The notes under the pieces were generated by a model. It had not been told where the DNA came from. It did no database searches and saw only the letters and a program-made list of their open reading frames with translations. The position numbers were made by a program, and so were the translations under genes. From positions 43,772,001-43,836,000 of the forward strand of contig OX597830.1 in assembly GCA_951406725.2 (NCBI GenBank): a DNA stretch of 64,000 bases, written 5' to 3'. Below are positions 24,903 through 39,529 of this stretch, piece by piece. Source of the DNA: Octopus vulgaris (lineage: Eukaryota). Position 1 is the stretch's first letter. Each line of letters begins with the position of its first letter.

Positions 24903-25400
24903 CACAGGCATAGCTCTGTGGTAAGTAGCTTGCGTAGCAACCTTGTGAGTGGATTTGGTAGACAGAAACTGGAAGAAGCCTGTTGTATATGTGTATGTGT
25001 GTGTGTGAGTGTGTGTGTGTGTGTGTGTGTGTATGTAGGCTTGTTCCCCCACCATCATTGGAAAATCGATGTTGGGTTGTTTACATCCCCATAACTTAGC
25101 AGTTCAGCAAATGAGACTGATAGAGTATGTACTAAGCTTACAAAGAATAAGTCCTGGGGTCGACCCATTCAACTAATGGCGGTGCTCCAGCATGGCCACA
25201 GTCAAATGACTGAAACGAGTAAAAGAATAAAAAAAATACACATAAGGATAAGCATATTAAAATGGCTCCATGGGAAAACTCATTTAAATAAAAGGGTCCT
25301 TGGTAGTGAAAAAGTTGGGAATGACTGGACTAAACCCCTCAAGGTAGTGCCCTAGCATGGTCGCAAGAGAGTAAAAGATAAAAGATGGAATATATTATAC

Positions 25401-25490
25401 CTAATTGTCCATTATGTCGGTAACTTGCAATGCTTTTCACAAGAACAAGAAGAAATGGGAAAAAGAATTCCAGTTTTCTTGTTGAGGACA
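25401..25490 (-). CDS. Multi-CUB-domain protein, exon encoding signal peptide (xSSTRKLEFFFPFLLVLVKSIASYRHNGQL)
   Basis: Acceptor ctatttgcag, donor gtataa; 90 nt, phase 1-1, open frame with a basic then hydrophobic stretch; joins in frame (G|GA) to the exon at 21384. Confidence 0.65.
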
Positions 25491-26704
25491 CTGCAAATAG
25501 AAAATAAAAGAGAAATGTAAATAATATTACAATTTATGTTTGAAATTTTGGTATGACACCAACTGTTCTAGAAGAAGAGGTTGGTGACTTGTTCAGTACT
25601 TTATCTTTTTTTGAACCTGAAAGGATGACAGGCAAAGTTGACCTTGCCAGGGTTAAAGACAACCAGAAGCAATGGCAGTAAGCATTTTGTACAACATGAT
25701 AACAATTCTTCCAGTTCCTAATACCAGTATTCTTTTCTACTCTAGGAGGAGGCCAGTCAATTAGATTGGACCCAGTACATAACTGGTACTTAATTTATTG
25801 ACCCTGAAAGGATGAAAGGCAAAGTCGACCTTGGTGGAATTTGAACTCAGAACATAAAGACAGACAAAAAACTGCTAAACATTTCGCCTGGTGTGCTAAC
25901 GATTCTGCCAGCTTACTGCCTTCTAATACCAATATTATTATTATTTAACAAGGCAACAGTGAACTGACAGATTTGTTAGTGTACTGGGCAAAATGCTTAG
26001 TGGCATTGTGTTCATTTTTACATCATGAGTTCAAATTCCACTGAGGTCGACTTTGAGGGTCAATAAATAAGTACCAGTTGAAGACTGAAGTCGATGTAAG
26101 CAATGTACTCCACTCCTAAACTCATTGGCCCTGTGCCAAAATCTCCAACTTATTATTATATATTTAAATTATTAATTTTGGAAATATTTTCTCTTTTTTT
26201 TAAATAAATTTTACCAATATATATTTTAACAATATATTTTAACATCTCTTCTCCATTTTTAATTAAATTGTTGAGTTTCATGGGATTTCTTTCCATAAAT
26301 TCACAACATATCATATACAAGTATTATTTTCATATTCGCAAATTTACGCCTGTAAACTACCAGTAAAATATGAAGAATCAATATTAGACATCTTTTTTGG
26401 AAACCTCCAAATTAAAGGATGAATCTTAATTCAACCTTTTTACACCTGAATTTTACCAATATATCAAACAGAACTTATAAAAAAAACTTGAAATTTATCA
26501 AAATAAATTGAGAATTATCAAAATGAATCAACATGAACTTGTAAGTTATCAAAATGATCTAATTTATCAAAATCAAATTTCTAATTAAACAAAAATCATT
26601 AAATAAATAGTATGTAAATATTAGATTGAAAAACCTTTTTTGAACAGAAAAAGTCAAAGGCTGCTTATGAACTTAAAAACTCTATTGAAGATATTCAAAA
26701 TTTT

Positions 26705-27110
26705 ATTCATCCATCCATCCATCCACTTTTTCTGCCCACCGTTCCTGAAGGGGTCATTGGGGGTAAGGTTGCAAGGTAATTCCTCCATAGGGTCTTATAC
26801 ATAAGCAACCATCATTACATTTTCCAGCTGGATTCCCAGGTATGGCATCACCCAACCATCTGGCTCTTGGTCCTGACAGTTGGCTCAGCTTGAAGAATCC
26901 ATCGTGTGATTCTTCCCTGTAATGTTCTAATCAAAGACATGTCTGCAGTACTGGAACTATGAAATCTCGATACAGAGAAATAGTGGCTCAACTTTGAGTG
27001 ACTCCTTGATCCCTGAGCTATACACCACCCTGTCAAGCAATGTTACTCCAGAGAGTCTTCAAAGGATCCCCATTTCAACAGCTTGTATTTGCAATTGAAT
27101 CCTTTTACCC
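26705..27110 (-). mobile_element. Degenerate LINE 3' end with (GGAT)n tail
   Basis: LIRTLQGRI...GRT-like remnant followed by a tetranucleotide tail. Confidence 0.55.
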
Positions 27111-27880
27111 CAATGGCTTAATTTAACCCTTTAGTGTTTAAATCGGCCATATCATCATCATCATCATCATCATCATTGTTTAACGTCCGTTTTCCATGCA
27201 GGCATGGGATGGACGGTTCAACTGGGGGTCTGGAAAGCCAGGAGGCTGCACCAGGCACCAATCTGATCTGGTAGTGTTTCTACTACTGGATGCCCTTCCT
27301 AAAGCCAACCACTTTGAGAGTGTAGAGGGTGCCTTTTATGTGCCACCGGCACATGGGCCAAAGGGGGCTGACAGCAACCACATTTGGATGATGCTTTTAT
27401 GTGCCGTCAGCACAGAGAGCCAGACAGGCAGCGCTAGCATCAGCCACAACTACAATTTCCATTTGATTGTGGTTTGATTTGATTTTGATATATTTTATAT
27501 TCAAACAAGTGATATCTAGCCTCTCACACTTAACCTATATTGACATTCTAAAAATAAACAATCACATCATTGAAATCTCAAAGCTATAAGATAATGCACA
27601 ATTAATTAAAAACAATTTGAGTGAAAAAGTATTATATTTAACAGAGTAATCTAAACATTAAAGGGTTAAAGAATAGATAACAAGCGGACACTTCTAAGCT
27701 TAATCTCTTTCATTTCATATTTTCTTCTATTTAGCTCAAAGGTTAGCCTTCATCAAGCAGGCCCATAATAAAAGACATTCCAGTTGTGGCCATTTAACTA
27801 TTCTGTCTTTTTGGGTTTTTTTTCAGTTTTCAGACAGTTGGGCATAATTTTCAAGAAATATTGTATAAATACATATATAT

Positions 27881-28099
27881 ATGAGGAGGTGCTGAAAAAT
27901 TCCTGGTTTTAAGAGTTTTGCGAAAGGCCTGATTGGATGCCTGATCTTCCGAGTACTTTTACAGGGCTTAGAAAAACTGAAGGACCACTGCAATATGTGT
28001 GTGAATCTGAGAGGGGAATATGTTAAATAAAATCATAATTAACTGATCGTCCTGTATTTCTTTTTACCCAAAGCCAAGAACTTTTCAGCACACCCTCGT
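27881..28099. mobile_element. Mariner-type MITE
   Basis: TIRs gaggaggtgctgaaaaattcctgg / ccaagaacttttcagcacaccctcg. Confidence 0.75.
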
Positions 28100-28130
28100 G
28101 TGTGTGTGTATGTATTTTATATATGTGTAT

Positions 28131-28165
<35 letters not shown>

Positions 28166-28722
28166 CAGTTGAAATTTACAGAAAAACAAAACAAAGACAG
28201 GTATACAAACAACAATCAGGTGTGTTAGTTTGATGCTTGGGAAGGTGAGAAAATCATTTATGTTTCGAGCCTATGCTCTTCAACAGAAAGGAACATGAGG
28301 AAATAAACAGAGAGAGAATAAAAAAATTTTGAAGTCAGTGGTCAATCATGGCTGGATAATGGTAGTTAGACAGGAGAGCTAGGAAGAAGGGGTGATAATA
28401 AAGTACTAGTGATCCCAAAATGAAGGTGCATGTGTGTATGTGAGAGTGTGTAAGTATGTGTCTGTGTGGATAGGGGCTAGTGACTTTGATGTGTGGATGT
28501 GTGTGTGTGTGTAAGTGTGTAGGTGTGTGGATGATGGTGTGGGTGCTGGGACGTGGTCAGTGCTAGTGTGTGCAGAGTGATGTGGGGGTGGTGTGATGTG
28601 ATGTGGTGTGCTGGTGTGTGGTGTGGTGTAGCAGTGAGGATGTGGGGGTAGATATATATATACATATATATATATACATACGTATATGTACATACTTACA
28701 TCTATATGTATATATATATATT

Positions 28723-28768
<46 letters not shown>

Positions 28769-29077
28769 TGTATATATGCATATGTGGGCACAGGATGTCA
28801 CAAAATGTGTACAACAAAAGTGTATGAAGCATGAGTACATGGAACATGAACTATTCTTTCAAACAACGAAAGACACAAATCAAAAACAAAACAAACAACA
28901 TAAAGAATGACCCTTCATCAGTTGTTGGCTGTTTTTCTACTCTCATATTTTGATCATTTAACAACAATATATGCTTTCAATAAAACAGTTGCTCCTGCAA
29001 AGCAAATTAAATAAAATTTGGGATTTTGAGGAGGGTCAAAATTGGTAATACAAACAGGAAGGGCTGCTGTATATATA

Positions 29078-29392
29078 AATTAAGAAATGGGCTTAAACAC
29101 AGGTGTTATTCAAATCTTTATACTTCTCACATATGTTTTGAAGAAAACATTGATATTCTTTCTGAGGGAATAAAATGATGTTAAAACAATGTAATAATCT
29201 CGTCAAGGAAAAAAGAGAACCAAAACATATCAATAAGTCATTTTAACTGAATGTGATTACCTTCATTTTAAATGGCTTGCATTGTTTTACATCATTTTAA
29301 TCCCTCAAGAATAATACCAACATTTTCTTCGAAAAATATGTCAGAAGTATAAAGATTTGAATAACACCTGCATTTAACTCCTTTTCTTAATT
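29078..29392. repeat. Fold-back element, same family as 2094-5400
   Basis: ttaaacacaggtgttattcaaatc ... gatttgaataacacctgcatttaa. Confidence 0.85.
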
Positions 29393-29518
29393 CATCTATA
29401 TATACAAAAACATTTCACTAAACCTTAGAACTTCTACCTTTATAACTAGGCTGTAACATCCTTGGCACTTACGTGAATTTTTGCTACCCTGGTAACTTTT
29501 TTTTTCTGTCTTATACAT

Positions 29519-29555
<37 letters not shown>

Positions 29556-30507
29556 CATACATGCACACATAAAAAAGGCAGAAAAATGAAAGCAGACATA
29601 ATGAGTTTATTTACATGGAAGATTACGAACACAAATAAAATGAATAATCTGATAGATAACATCATTACATCATTCCTTTCATTTATTTATATTCACAACA
29701 TTCCATGTAAATGCATTCACTCTGCTTACTTCTCTTTATCTGTCTCTTCACCTTCTACACCCACTCAACAAAGAAATGGTTTGTATAACCAACTTCTTAT
29801 GCTGGGAACACCTGCCCTGGATGAAAATGTAGGAATTTTAAGTTTTCGTTTATTTGAGGACTATATCTATGCCACATTTGCTTTAGGGGTCTCCAACACA
29901 TACACACACACACACACATGCACTCTCTCTCTCTCTCATTAGGAAGAGCATCCAACAAAAGATACCATGCTGAGAAAGGCATGGAGCATGGGTAACTCTT
30001 CAGGTGGCCAGCTCCTGTCAAACCATCCACCCTATGCAAGCATGGAAAAATGGACATTAAAATGATTAAAGAATATACATAAACATATAGATACACACAC
30101 ACGCACACACACACATGATTGATCGCCGGATCCACGAGATTTTTTATTCTCTTTCTGTTTATTTTCTCTTATTCCTTTCTGTTGAAGAGCATAGGCTCAA
30201 AATGTAAAAGACTTTCTCACTTTTTTGAGCGTCAAACAAATACACCTGCTTGTTATTCATACACCAGTCTTTGTCTTTTGTTTTTCTGAAAATTTCAACT
30301 ATATATATATATAGGTGCAAGAATGGCTGTGTGGTGGGTGGCTTGCTTACAAACTGCATTGTTCCAGGTTCAGTCCCACTATGTGGCACCTTGGGCGGGT
30401 GCCTTCTACTTTGGCTTCAGGCCGACCGGGACCTTGTGAGTAGATTTGGTGGATGGTGGCTGAAGAAGATTTGGTGGATGGTGGCTGAAGAAGGCTCGTC
30501 GTATATA

Positions 30508-30541
<34 letters not shown>

Positions 30542-30828
30542 CGTATATGTTTGTGTGTCTGTGTTTGTCCCCCCACCATTGCTTGACAGCCAATGCTGGT
30601 GTATTTACGTCCCCATAACTTAGCAGTTTGGCAAAGAGACCAATAGAATAAGTACTAGGCTTACAAAGAATAAGTCCTAGGGCTGGTTTGCTCAACTAAA
30701 GGTGGTGCTCCAGCATGGCCACAGTCAAATGACTGAAACAAATAAAAGAATAAGAATATATATACACACACATAAGTTGTCTAAAAGTCCATAAGTCAGG
30801 AAAAAGATGAACACAAATATCTGTCAAT

Positions 30829-31331
30829 AGAGTGGATATATTATCCGAAATGTATTATATCCATCATGGTTGATTTTACCAATCAGTTTCATGCTAGGGG
30901 TACAACGAAGTGTTAGATAACAATCTGATTATATAACCCAAGCTCATCAGAGGTACTCAATATGGAATGAAATATAGCAACTCTCGATGGTGTTGGGATA
31001 TTCTTTGTTGAATATTCTTGGTCGTACAATTCCAAATCCATAGTGAGTCTTTGGTTATTATGTAGTGCACACAGCTGGGAAATGCAGCTACGTGGCACAA
31101 GACATGGATGATTTATTGCAATATACTTTATGGTGTATAGTGGTGTGTGCATATGTGCATAAGTCATCTAAAAGTCACCATATTACATTCTATATTGGCT
31201 ACCTCTGATGAGCATAGGGTTATATAATAAGACTGTTACCTAACACTCTGTTGTATCCATAGTGCGAAACCAATTGGTAAGATCAGCCATGATGGATATA
31301 TACTATACACTTGAAATAATATCCCCACTCT
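30829..31331. repeat. Fold-back element with a hammerhead motif in each arm
   Basis: ~145-bp inverted arms flanking a ~200-bp spacer. Confidence 0.85.
31197..31288 (+). ncRNA. Type I hammerhead motif with long stem II; degenerate mirror copy at 30868-30956 (-)
   Basis: GGCUACCU-CUGAUGA-GCAU...GUGC-GAAACCAAUUGGUA^AGAUCAGCC. Confidence 0.75.
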
Positions 31332-31399
31332 TTTGACATATATAAATAAATCATGCTTTATCTCCTGTCTTTCTCATATTCATATCTTGGCTTACGAAC

Positions 31400-33397
31400 G
31401 CCTCTGTAATGGTGATGCTTTAGATAGAAACAACTACAGGGGTATCAAATTGCTGGATCAAGTGATGAAGGTCTTGGAGAGGGTCCTAGCCCAACAAATT
31501 AGGGAGAGAGTTAGTCTAGATGAGACACAGTCTGGTTTTGTGCCAGGCAGAAGTACCACTGATGCTATATTTCTGGCAAGGCAACTGCAGGAGAAATACA
31601 AAGCCAAAGATAAACCTCTGTACTTGGTTTTTGTTGATTTGAAGAAAGCCTTTGACAGGGTCCCCCAATCCCTTATCTGGTGGGTAATGCAGAAACTAGA
31701 GATAGATGAGTGGTTAGTAAGAGCTGTAGAGGCCCTGTACAAGGATGTTGTCAGTAAGGTGAGGATTGGCAATGAGTATAGTGAATAATTCTGGGTAAAA
31801 ATAGGGGTTCACCAAGGATCAGTCCCCAGCACCCTCTTATTCATAGACCTCCAGACAATAACAGAGGAATTCAAAACAGGCTGCCCCTGAGAGCTCCTCT
31901 ATGCTGATGATCTTGCTCTCATTGCTGCATCACTCCCAGAACTAGAGAAGAAATTTCAGGTGTGGAAGCAAGGTCTAGAATCGAAGGGCTTTAGGGTCAA
32001 TGTAGCAAAAACCAAAGTCCTAGTAAGTAGGAAGGTGGACAAATCACAAACCCCTTCAGGTAGATGGTTCTGCTAGATCTGTAGAAAAGGTGTAGGTAGA
32101 AACTCCTTCAGATGTACCCAGAGTAAGCTATGGACACATAAGAGGTGCAGCAATATCAAAGGAAGGTTAACCGGGATGACAGTTTTTGTGTGTAGCAGAT
32201 GCTCAGGAGCAATAAACACCGAAGATGTTCAGAAAAAAAGATTCCATTATATGCCAGGGTAGATAATAGAAGTAGTAGATAGCGTCTGCTACCTAGGTGA
32301 CCAAGTCTGTAGTGGGGGTGGATGCTCTGAGAGTGTATCTACTAGAATAAGAATAATCTGGGCAAAGTTCAGAAAGCTCCTACCTCTGCCGGCAACAAAG
32401 GGCCTCTCATTCAGAGTAAAATGCAGACTGTATGACGCATATGTGCAAACAGCCATGCTATATGGCAGTGAAACATGGGCTATGACTGTTAAGGACAAGC
32501 GTGGGCTTGAAAGAAATGAAGCTAGTATGATTGGCTGGATGTATAATATCAGCACGCACACACGACAGAATGTAAGCACCCTGAGATAAATGTTGGACAT
32601 AAAAAGCATTAGATGTAGTTTACAATGGAGACGACTGCACTGGTATGGTCATGTGCTGTGTATGGATGAGGAGAGCTGCTGTGTGAAGGAGTGTCATACC
32701 CTAACAATGGAAGGAACCTGTGGAAAAGGGAAACCCATGTAGACAGGGGATGAGGTGGTGAAGCATGACCTTCGAACATTGGGTCTCACAGAGGCAACTA
32801 CAAGAGAGCGAGACCTTTGGAGATATGCTGTGATTGAGAAGACCTGGCAAGTAAAGTAAGATCCCAGTTGTAGCCTATACCAGTGTTGCATAACCAGCCC
32901 ATTTAAAAGTACCCTCGAATCATCAGGCAATACATCACAGTTGAGAAGATCTATTAAATCAAGTAAAATCAAAATCAAAAAATCAAAATGAAAATCAAAT
33001 TCTAAAGCAAATCAAGATTGAAATCAAAATGGAAATTGTAGTTGTGGCTGATGGCAGTGCTGCCTGACTGGTACCCGTGTTGGTGGCACGTAACAAGCAC
33101 CATTCAAGCATGGGTTGATGCCAGTGCTACCTGACTGGCTCCTTGAGCCGATGGCATGTAAAAAGTACCATCCAAACATGGGCAATGCCAGTTCTGCCAG
33201 ACTGGCTCCCATGGCAGTAGCACATGAAAAGCAGCCACTACACTCTCGGAGTGGTTGGCATTAGGAAGGGCATCCAGCTGTAGAAACACTGCCAGATCAG
33301 ATTGGAGCTTGGAGCAGCCCACTGGCTTGCCAGTCCCCAGTCAAACCATCCAACCCATACCAGCACAGAAAACGAATGTTAAATGATGATGATGATG

Positions 33398-33402
<5 letters not shown>
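31400..33402 (+). mobile_element. RTE LINE, degenerate 5'-truncated copy
   Basis: NYRGIKLL...DLKKAFDRV with stops and frameshifts, RTE 3' UTR and (ATG)n tail. Confidence 0.9.
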
Positions 33403-33436
<34 letters not shown>

Positions 33437-34065
33437 CACAATTTATTTATGATCAGAAGTGTTCATAAACCAAGGTACTACTGTACAGGATATAAATGGT
33501 AGGATTTAAATGGCTTGCGTACAGAACTGAAATTAGAAAACGAAATCACTTGGTTCTGATTCAATTTTAGTTCTGGACTTTAGCTTTTCACTTTGTCACA
33601 CACCACAAATGACTCTGATGTTGGGAAGAAGGTGAATGGCACAAGAGCCATTCCCATTTTACCCTCTAACCAATATAACAAATCAGTTTATTAATGCATT
33701 GTGTTGATCATAAAACTGGTCCAATTTATGGTTAACAGATAAATATTTACCGTTGTTGTTTATAAACATGTTTATCATGTCAAGCATATGTTATTTAATT
33801 TTAGAAAATTGGTCATCAAGTTTATATGATTGTTATAACACCTCCCCTTCCAATACCCATTAATATGGGATGTGAAAATCAGGAATGTAAAACAAAGATC
33901 AGTAAGGTGTTGACATGGTTGTGTGGTAAGAAGTTACCTACCTAATCGCATGGTTTCGAGTTCAGTCCCACTGCATTGCACCTTGGGCAAATGTCTTCTA
34001 CTATAACCTAGGGCTGACCAAAGCCCTGTGAGTGGATTTGGTAAACAAAAACTAAAAGAAACCTG

Positions 34066-34126
<61 letters not shown>

Positions 34127-34148
34127 TATGTATATGTATATACATATA

Positions 34149-34203
<55 letters not shown>

Positions 34204-35189
34204 ATATAATATATATATGTATATATAATATATATATATTTTTAAAAAAAATTTTATTTAGTTTCAGCTCACAAGCCGTGGCCATGCTGGGGCACCGTCA
34301 TTTATATAATAATATAAATAATATATAAATATATGCATATATACATACATATATGTACATACCTACATATATATGTATATATACATGCATATATGATACA
34401 GGACCTAAAAAGAAAAACGCTGAACAAAATAAGAAACAAAAACATAAAAACAAAAACATAAAAACGACCTTTTTTTCAAACAATGTAAAAAACAAACAGA
34501 GAAATAAGACATACAACATAAATAATATTTCCCTTTTTCAGTTGTCCCTGTTTCATCTACTCCACGTTACGAAGGCAAGGACAACATATGTATATATATA
34601 TATGTATGTATGTGTGTGTATGTATGTATGTATGTATGTCTTTGTGTCTGTGGTTGTCCTCCACCACTGCTTGATAATCAGTGTTGATGTGTTTATGTCC
34701 TCATAACTTAGCAGTTCAGCAAAATGCGACTGATAGAATTAGTACTGGGGTTGATTCATTCGACCAAACTTATTCAACGCGGTGCCCCAAGAAAATAAAG
34801 TAAAACAATTTGTTTTAATTTTTGACTTTGCTTCCTAAATAACATTCATTGGAATGTGTGGCCATGCTGGAGCATCACCATCTGGTATTTAGTTGATTAC
34901 AATAAACCAGGTACTTATTTCAACGACACTGGAAGGACAACAAGCAAAGTAGATCCTACTGTGGATTGAACTCAGAATGCTAAGGGATGTAGCCAAATAC
35001 CAAAAGGTGTTTAGTCTGAAACTCAGCTGATTCTACCATCCACTCACCATGTTTGTATGATAATTCAGTTTCACTGATTCAGCCGAACAAAGTCAAATGA
35101 AGTCGATCTTCAATTATTAAATATGGCTGCATTCAAAGCTCTTATATCAGAACAAATCAAACTAAATAAGCCACTAAAAAAATAAATGC

Positions 35190-35762
35190 GTTCTTTTAAA
35201 GCCTAGCCAGGCTCATGGGTCTGGTTTCCTGATTTCTATGGCGTATATGTTCCCCAGCTGGATGGGACACCAGTCCTTCGCAGCATTACTCATTTTTGCC
35301 AGCTGAGTGGACTGGAACAATGTGAAATGAAGTGTTTTGCTCAAGAACACAACGCGTCGCCCGGTCCAGGAATTGAAACCGCAACCTTACGATCATGATG
35401 CTGACACCCTAACCACTAAGCCACTACAACATATCAAGCAATGCAGTGCACACAACTGAGGTGGTGTTTAATCAAAATAGCCATTTATGTATCATACTCA
35501 ATGCATACACACTGTCAATAGGTCAGTTATTGAGGTGCATAGCTTAGTGGTTAGGGTGGTGGACTCGTGATCTTAAGATCACGGTTTTGATTCCCAAAAC
35601 AGATGATGCATTAGTTCTAGAGCAAAACACTTCATCCAATGTTCCTCCAGTCCACTCAGCTGGTAAAAATTAGTAATTCTGTAACAGACTGGCATCTAAT
35701 CTGTGGGATGGGGTTAGTATATACATCACCTGGAAACTGGCCCCATGAATCTATATTACTCA
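35190..35762. mobile_element. Two copies of a third tRNA-derived SINE, head-to-head
   Basis: cttagtggttagggt head at about 35400-35425 (-) and 35535-35560 (+); shared ctccagtccactcagctgg core. Confidence 0.75.
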
Positions 35763-35942
35763 GGAAGGAGACATCCAATCCAGTCATTGAAGGATTCTCC
35801 TGAGATTTTTCTTCTTATGGACTTGTTGAGCTAAAAATATAATAAATATCAGAGTAGAGATGAAAATTCCCACCAGTAGAGGCCAACAAGAGTGCCTGAT
35901 GTATTTCTGCCCTTTTAGGCTTTTTCAAAGGCATGTACTTAC

Positions 35943-35977
35943 AGCCAACCATATACTCAGAGGAGAATTCATCATCT
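35943..35977 (-). CDS. Candidate start-codon exon of the CUB gene (ATG GTT GGC T|TG = MVGL)
   Basis: cctacatcag acceptor, consensus gtaagt donor; ATG at 35952-35950 ends in phase 1 and completes the signal-peptide exon in frame; speculative. Confidence 0.35.
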
Positions 35978-36606
35978 CTGATGTAGGAAAAAGGGAATAA
36001 AACATTCACTGATGTTGTGAGTAGCCTCTCAATATTGCGTATACATTGAGTATGATATATAGATAGCTATTTTAATCAAATACTGCCTTAACTGCATATA
36101 TCAGATTTTTAATCAGCTAGATGGCTATTTACAACATCAGTTTTTTATATCTTTTATCTCTTTCATATTGGTTTCAGTCATTAGAGTATGACCATGTTGG
36201 AGCAATGCCTTGAAAAATTTTAGTTGAACAATTTGACCACAGTACTTATTTCTTTAAGTCTGATATTTACGCTTTTGGTCTCTTCTGCCAAACTGCTAAC
36301 TTATGGGGGACATAAGTTCACCAACACCAGTTGTCAAGCAGTGACGGGGAACAAATGCAGAGACAAAGACACAGACATACATGGTCATGTACCAGTGATG
36401 TGTGAAGGGCTCCCATGCCAGTGACACATAAAAGTCACCTAGTATACTCTGCTGAGTGAGTGGCGTTAGGAAGGGCATCTAGCCATAGAAACCATCCTAA
36501 AATAGATGACTGGAGCCTGATGCAGCTCTCCAGTCTTGCCATCTCCAGTCAAACTGTCTAATCCATGGCAGCATGGAAAATGGACATTCCATGGTGATGA
36601 TATACA

Positions 36607-36673
<67 letters not shown>

Positions 36674-39529
36674 CAGTTTTTTTCCAGTTTCTGTCTACCA
36701 AATCCATTAACAAAGTCAGCTCAGGACCAGAGTAGAAGATACTTGCTCAAGGAACCATGCAGTAGGACTGAACTCAGGACCATGTGGCCTGAAAGCAGAC
36801 TTCTTACCATGCAATCATGCTTGAGAAGAGAAATAAAAAGACAAGAAGCCAGCACCATTTTGTACGAGATCTCACTGGTAGCCGTTACCATGTCCGAGAC
36901 AGGAGTGAGATTTCGCCATCAACCATTTGCCATGCGCGAGATGACAGCGAGACTCTCGTCTGTCGCAACAACTTTTTAAGCAGGAGAATCAAGACATTCT
37001 TTTTCTTTCTTTCTTCTCGCTTATGCTGAGAAACACTATGAAGCTGGCAGCTCACAGCAGACTCTTATCCTGCTCTAACTTCACGTGTTATCTCCAGAGG
37101 TAATGAACCTCACGTGAATGGAGCTATAACGAACCATGCGCTGCCATAAAGATGGTCACTGGGAGCAAACCACATGAATGAGAACTAAAAAATAAACAAC
37201 TTTTGAATTGCACTTCGCTTGTAAGCTTCTTCTTTGAGTTCCAGATCCTTAAGACTACAGAAATAATTGTAATGGGAGAAGGAGATACTCCACAGGTATT
37301 ACAGGCCTTCAATTCCATTATAAAATGGTGACCCCAACAGAGAAAGGATTTCGGCAGCCACAAGCTTTCTCATTGTAGATGCCATTTTCACTGAAATATA
37401 TCTCATGAACTGGGCGGCCTGTGGTCTTCCTGCTTGTTATGACATTTTGTCTTTGCTCAAGAAGTTTGCCAAGAGCAAATCACATTTTTTCATATTTATC
37501 ATTGTATTAGTCATTCTCGAGGGAAATTAATTATGTGTGTTTCTAAGGGTGGAGACAAATATTCAGTAATGACTCTAAACCGGATGTTGGTGACGGAATG
37601 ACATGTGATACCTTCCCTTATTACAAAAGAGAGAGAAAATGCAGCTTTTTTAGAATAGATATAAAACAACACACACACATACACACACACATAAATAATT
37701 ACATCCTATCTTCTGATAGCGTCAAAAACATATTAAATGATTATGGTGGTGATGATGATGAGGATGATGATGATGATGACAAATGTCATTTGTTGAAGAC
37801 AAGTTGGAGCAAGTCAACCTGGCTTCTGCGTGTGCATATCTATGAGTATGTGAATATGTATGGGATATGTGTGTATGTGTAAAAGTGTATGTATATGCAC
37901 ATGTGTGTGTGTATATGTATTATGCATGTGTGTGCATCTATATGTATACATATGTGTGTGTGTGTATATGCATATATGTGTGCATATGTGCCCGCGGGTG
38001 GGAATGTGTATGTCTATAGGTGTCAGTGCAATTATATGCGTGTGTGTGTGTGAGTGTGTGCGTGTGTATGTGTGTGCATGTTAATATAAAGAATTATCTT
38101 TTTTATCTTGCTTGTTTGGTTGCTGGAATACGTTGCTTCATGTATACAGACACCTCAAAAGTAAATAGACACAACTAAAAAATTATATTTCTACAGACAA
38201 AATAATTTTTTTCTACTATAAACAGAAGGCCTGAAATTTGTGGGGAGGGTGTTAGTCGATTACATCGACCTTCTCCCCCTCGCAGTACTCTACTTGTACT
38301 TAATTTATCGACCCCAAAAGGATGAAAGACAAAGTCGACCTTGGCGGAATTTGAACGTAGAACGTAGCAATGGGCTAACTACTGCTAAGTATTTCGTCCA
38401 GCGTGCTAATGATTCTGCCAGCTCACTGCCTTTCTACGGACAAAACAATGTCATTTGACACATTTAAATACTTAATCTAGTATTTAGTAGACATGTTTGA
38501 AACACTTGGAAGTGCCGGCACAAATAAAAGAATATAACCAGAGGTGTCTATTTACTTTTGAGATGTCTGTGTATGTATTACACAAATTGTAACCAGTATT
38601 TACATATTATTGGCTTCATATTTTGGCACAAGGCCAGAAATTTGGGGATCAGGAGTAAGTTGATTACATTGACCCCAGTGTCCAGCCAGTACGTATTTTA
38701 TCAACCCTGAAAGGATAAAAGGCGGAGTCAACTTCAGCAGAATTTGAACTCAGGACATTAAGACAAATGAAAGGATGCTATGCATTTTGCTTGGCATGCT
38801 AACCATTCTGCCAGCTTGCTGCCTTGTATCTACATATTAAAAGGAACATTCAGAATGCGAGCTGACAGAATTGTCAGCATACCAGACAGGATACTTTGTG
38901 GTATTTTGTTTGTCATGATGTTCTGAGTTCAAATTCTGCTAAGCTCGACTTGCTTTTCATTCTTTTGGGGGTCGATGGAATAATTACCAGCCAAATACAG
39001 GGCCTAACATAATCAACAAATCCCTTTCCCCAAAATTTCAGGCCCTGTGCCTTTAGTAGAAAGGATGATTAAAAGGAGTCATTGAGGATCATCATTGTCA
39101 TCATCATAATCATCATCAACATCACCATCGTAGTCGTTTAACATCTGCTTTCCATGCTAGCATGGGTTGGACGGTTTGACTGATGGCTGGCAAGCCAGAA
39201 GGCTGCAGCAGGCTCCAATCTGATCTGGCAAGATTTCTACTGCTGGATGCCTTTCCTAATGCCAATCACTCCAAAAGTATAGTGGGTGCTTTTTTACATT
39301 CCACTGGCATAAGAGCCAGTCAGGTAGCCCTGGCATCGACCACGTTCAGATGGTGCTTTTTACATGCCACCAACACAGAAACCAGTCAGGCAGCCCTGGT
39401 ATCAACTACGTTTGGATGGTGCTTTTTACATGCCACTGGCACGGGAGCCAGTCATGCAGTACTGGTACCAACCACACTTGAATGGTGCTTTTTATGTACC
39501 ATCAGCACAGGAACCAACCAGGCAGTACT

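Noticed and set aside
37023-37100. Short + strand ORF resembling a mitochondrial presequence (MLRNTMKLAAHSRLL...)
   Set aside because: No downstream plus-strand exons found; too short to support
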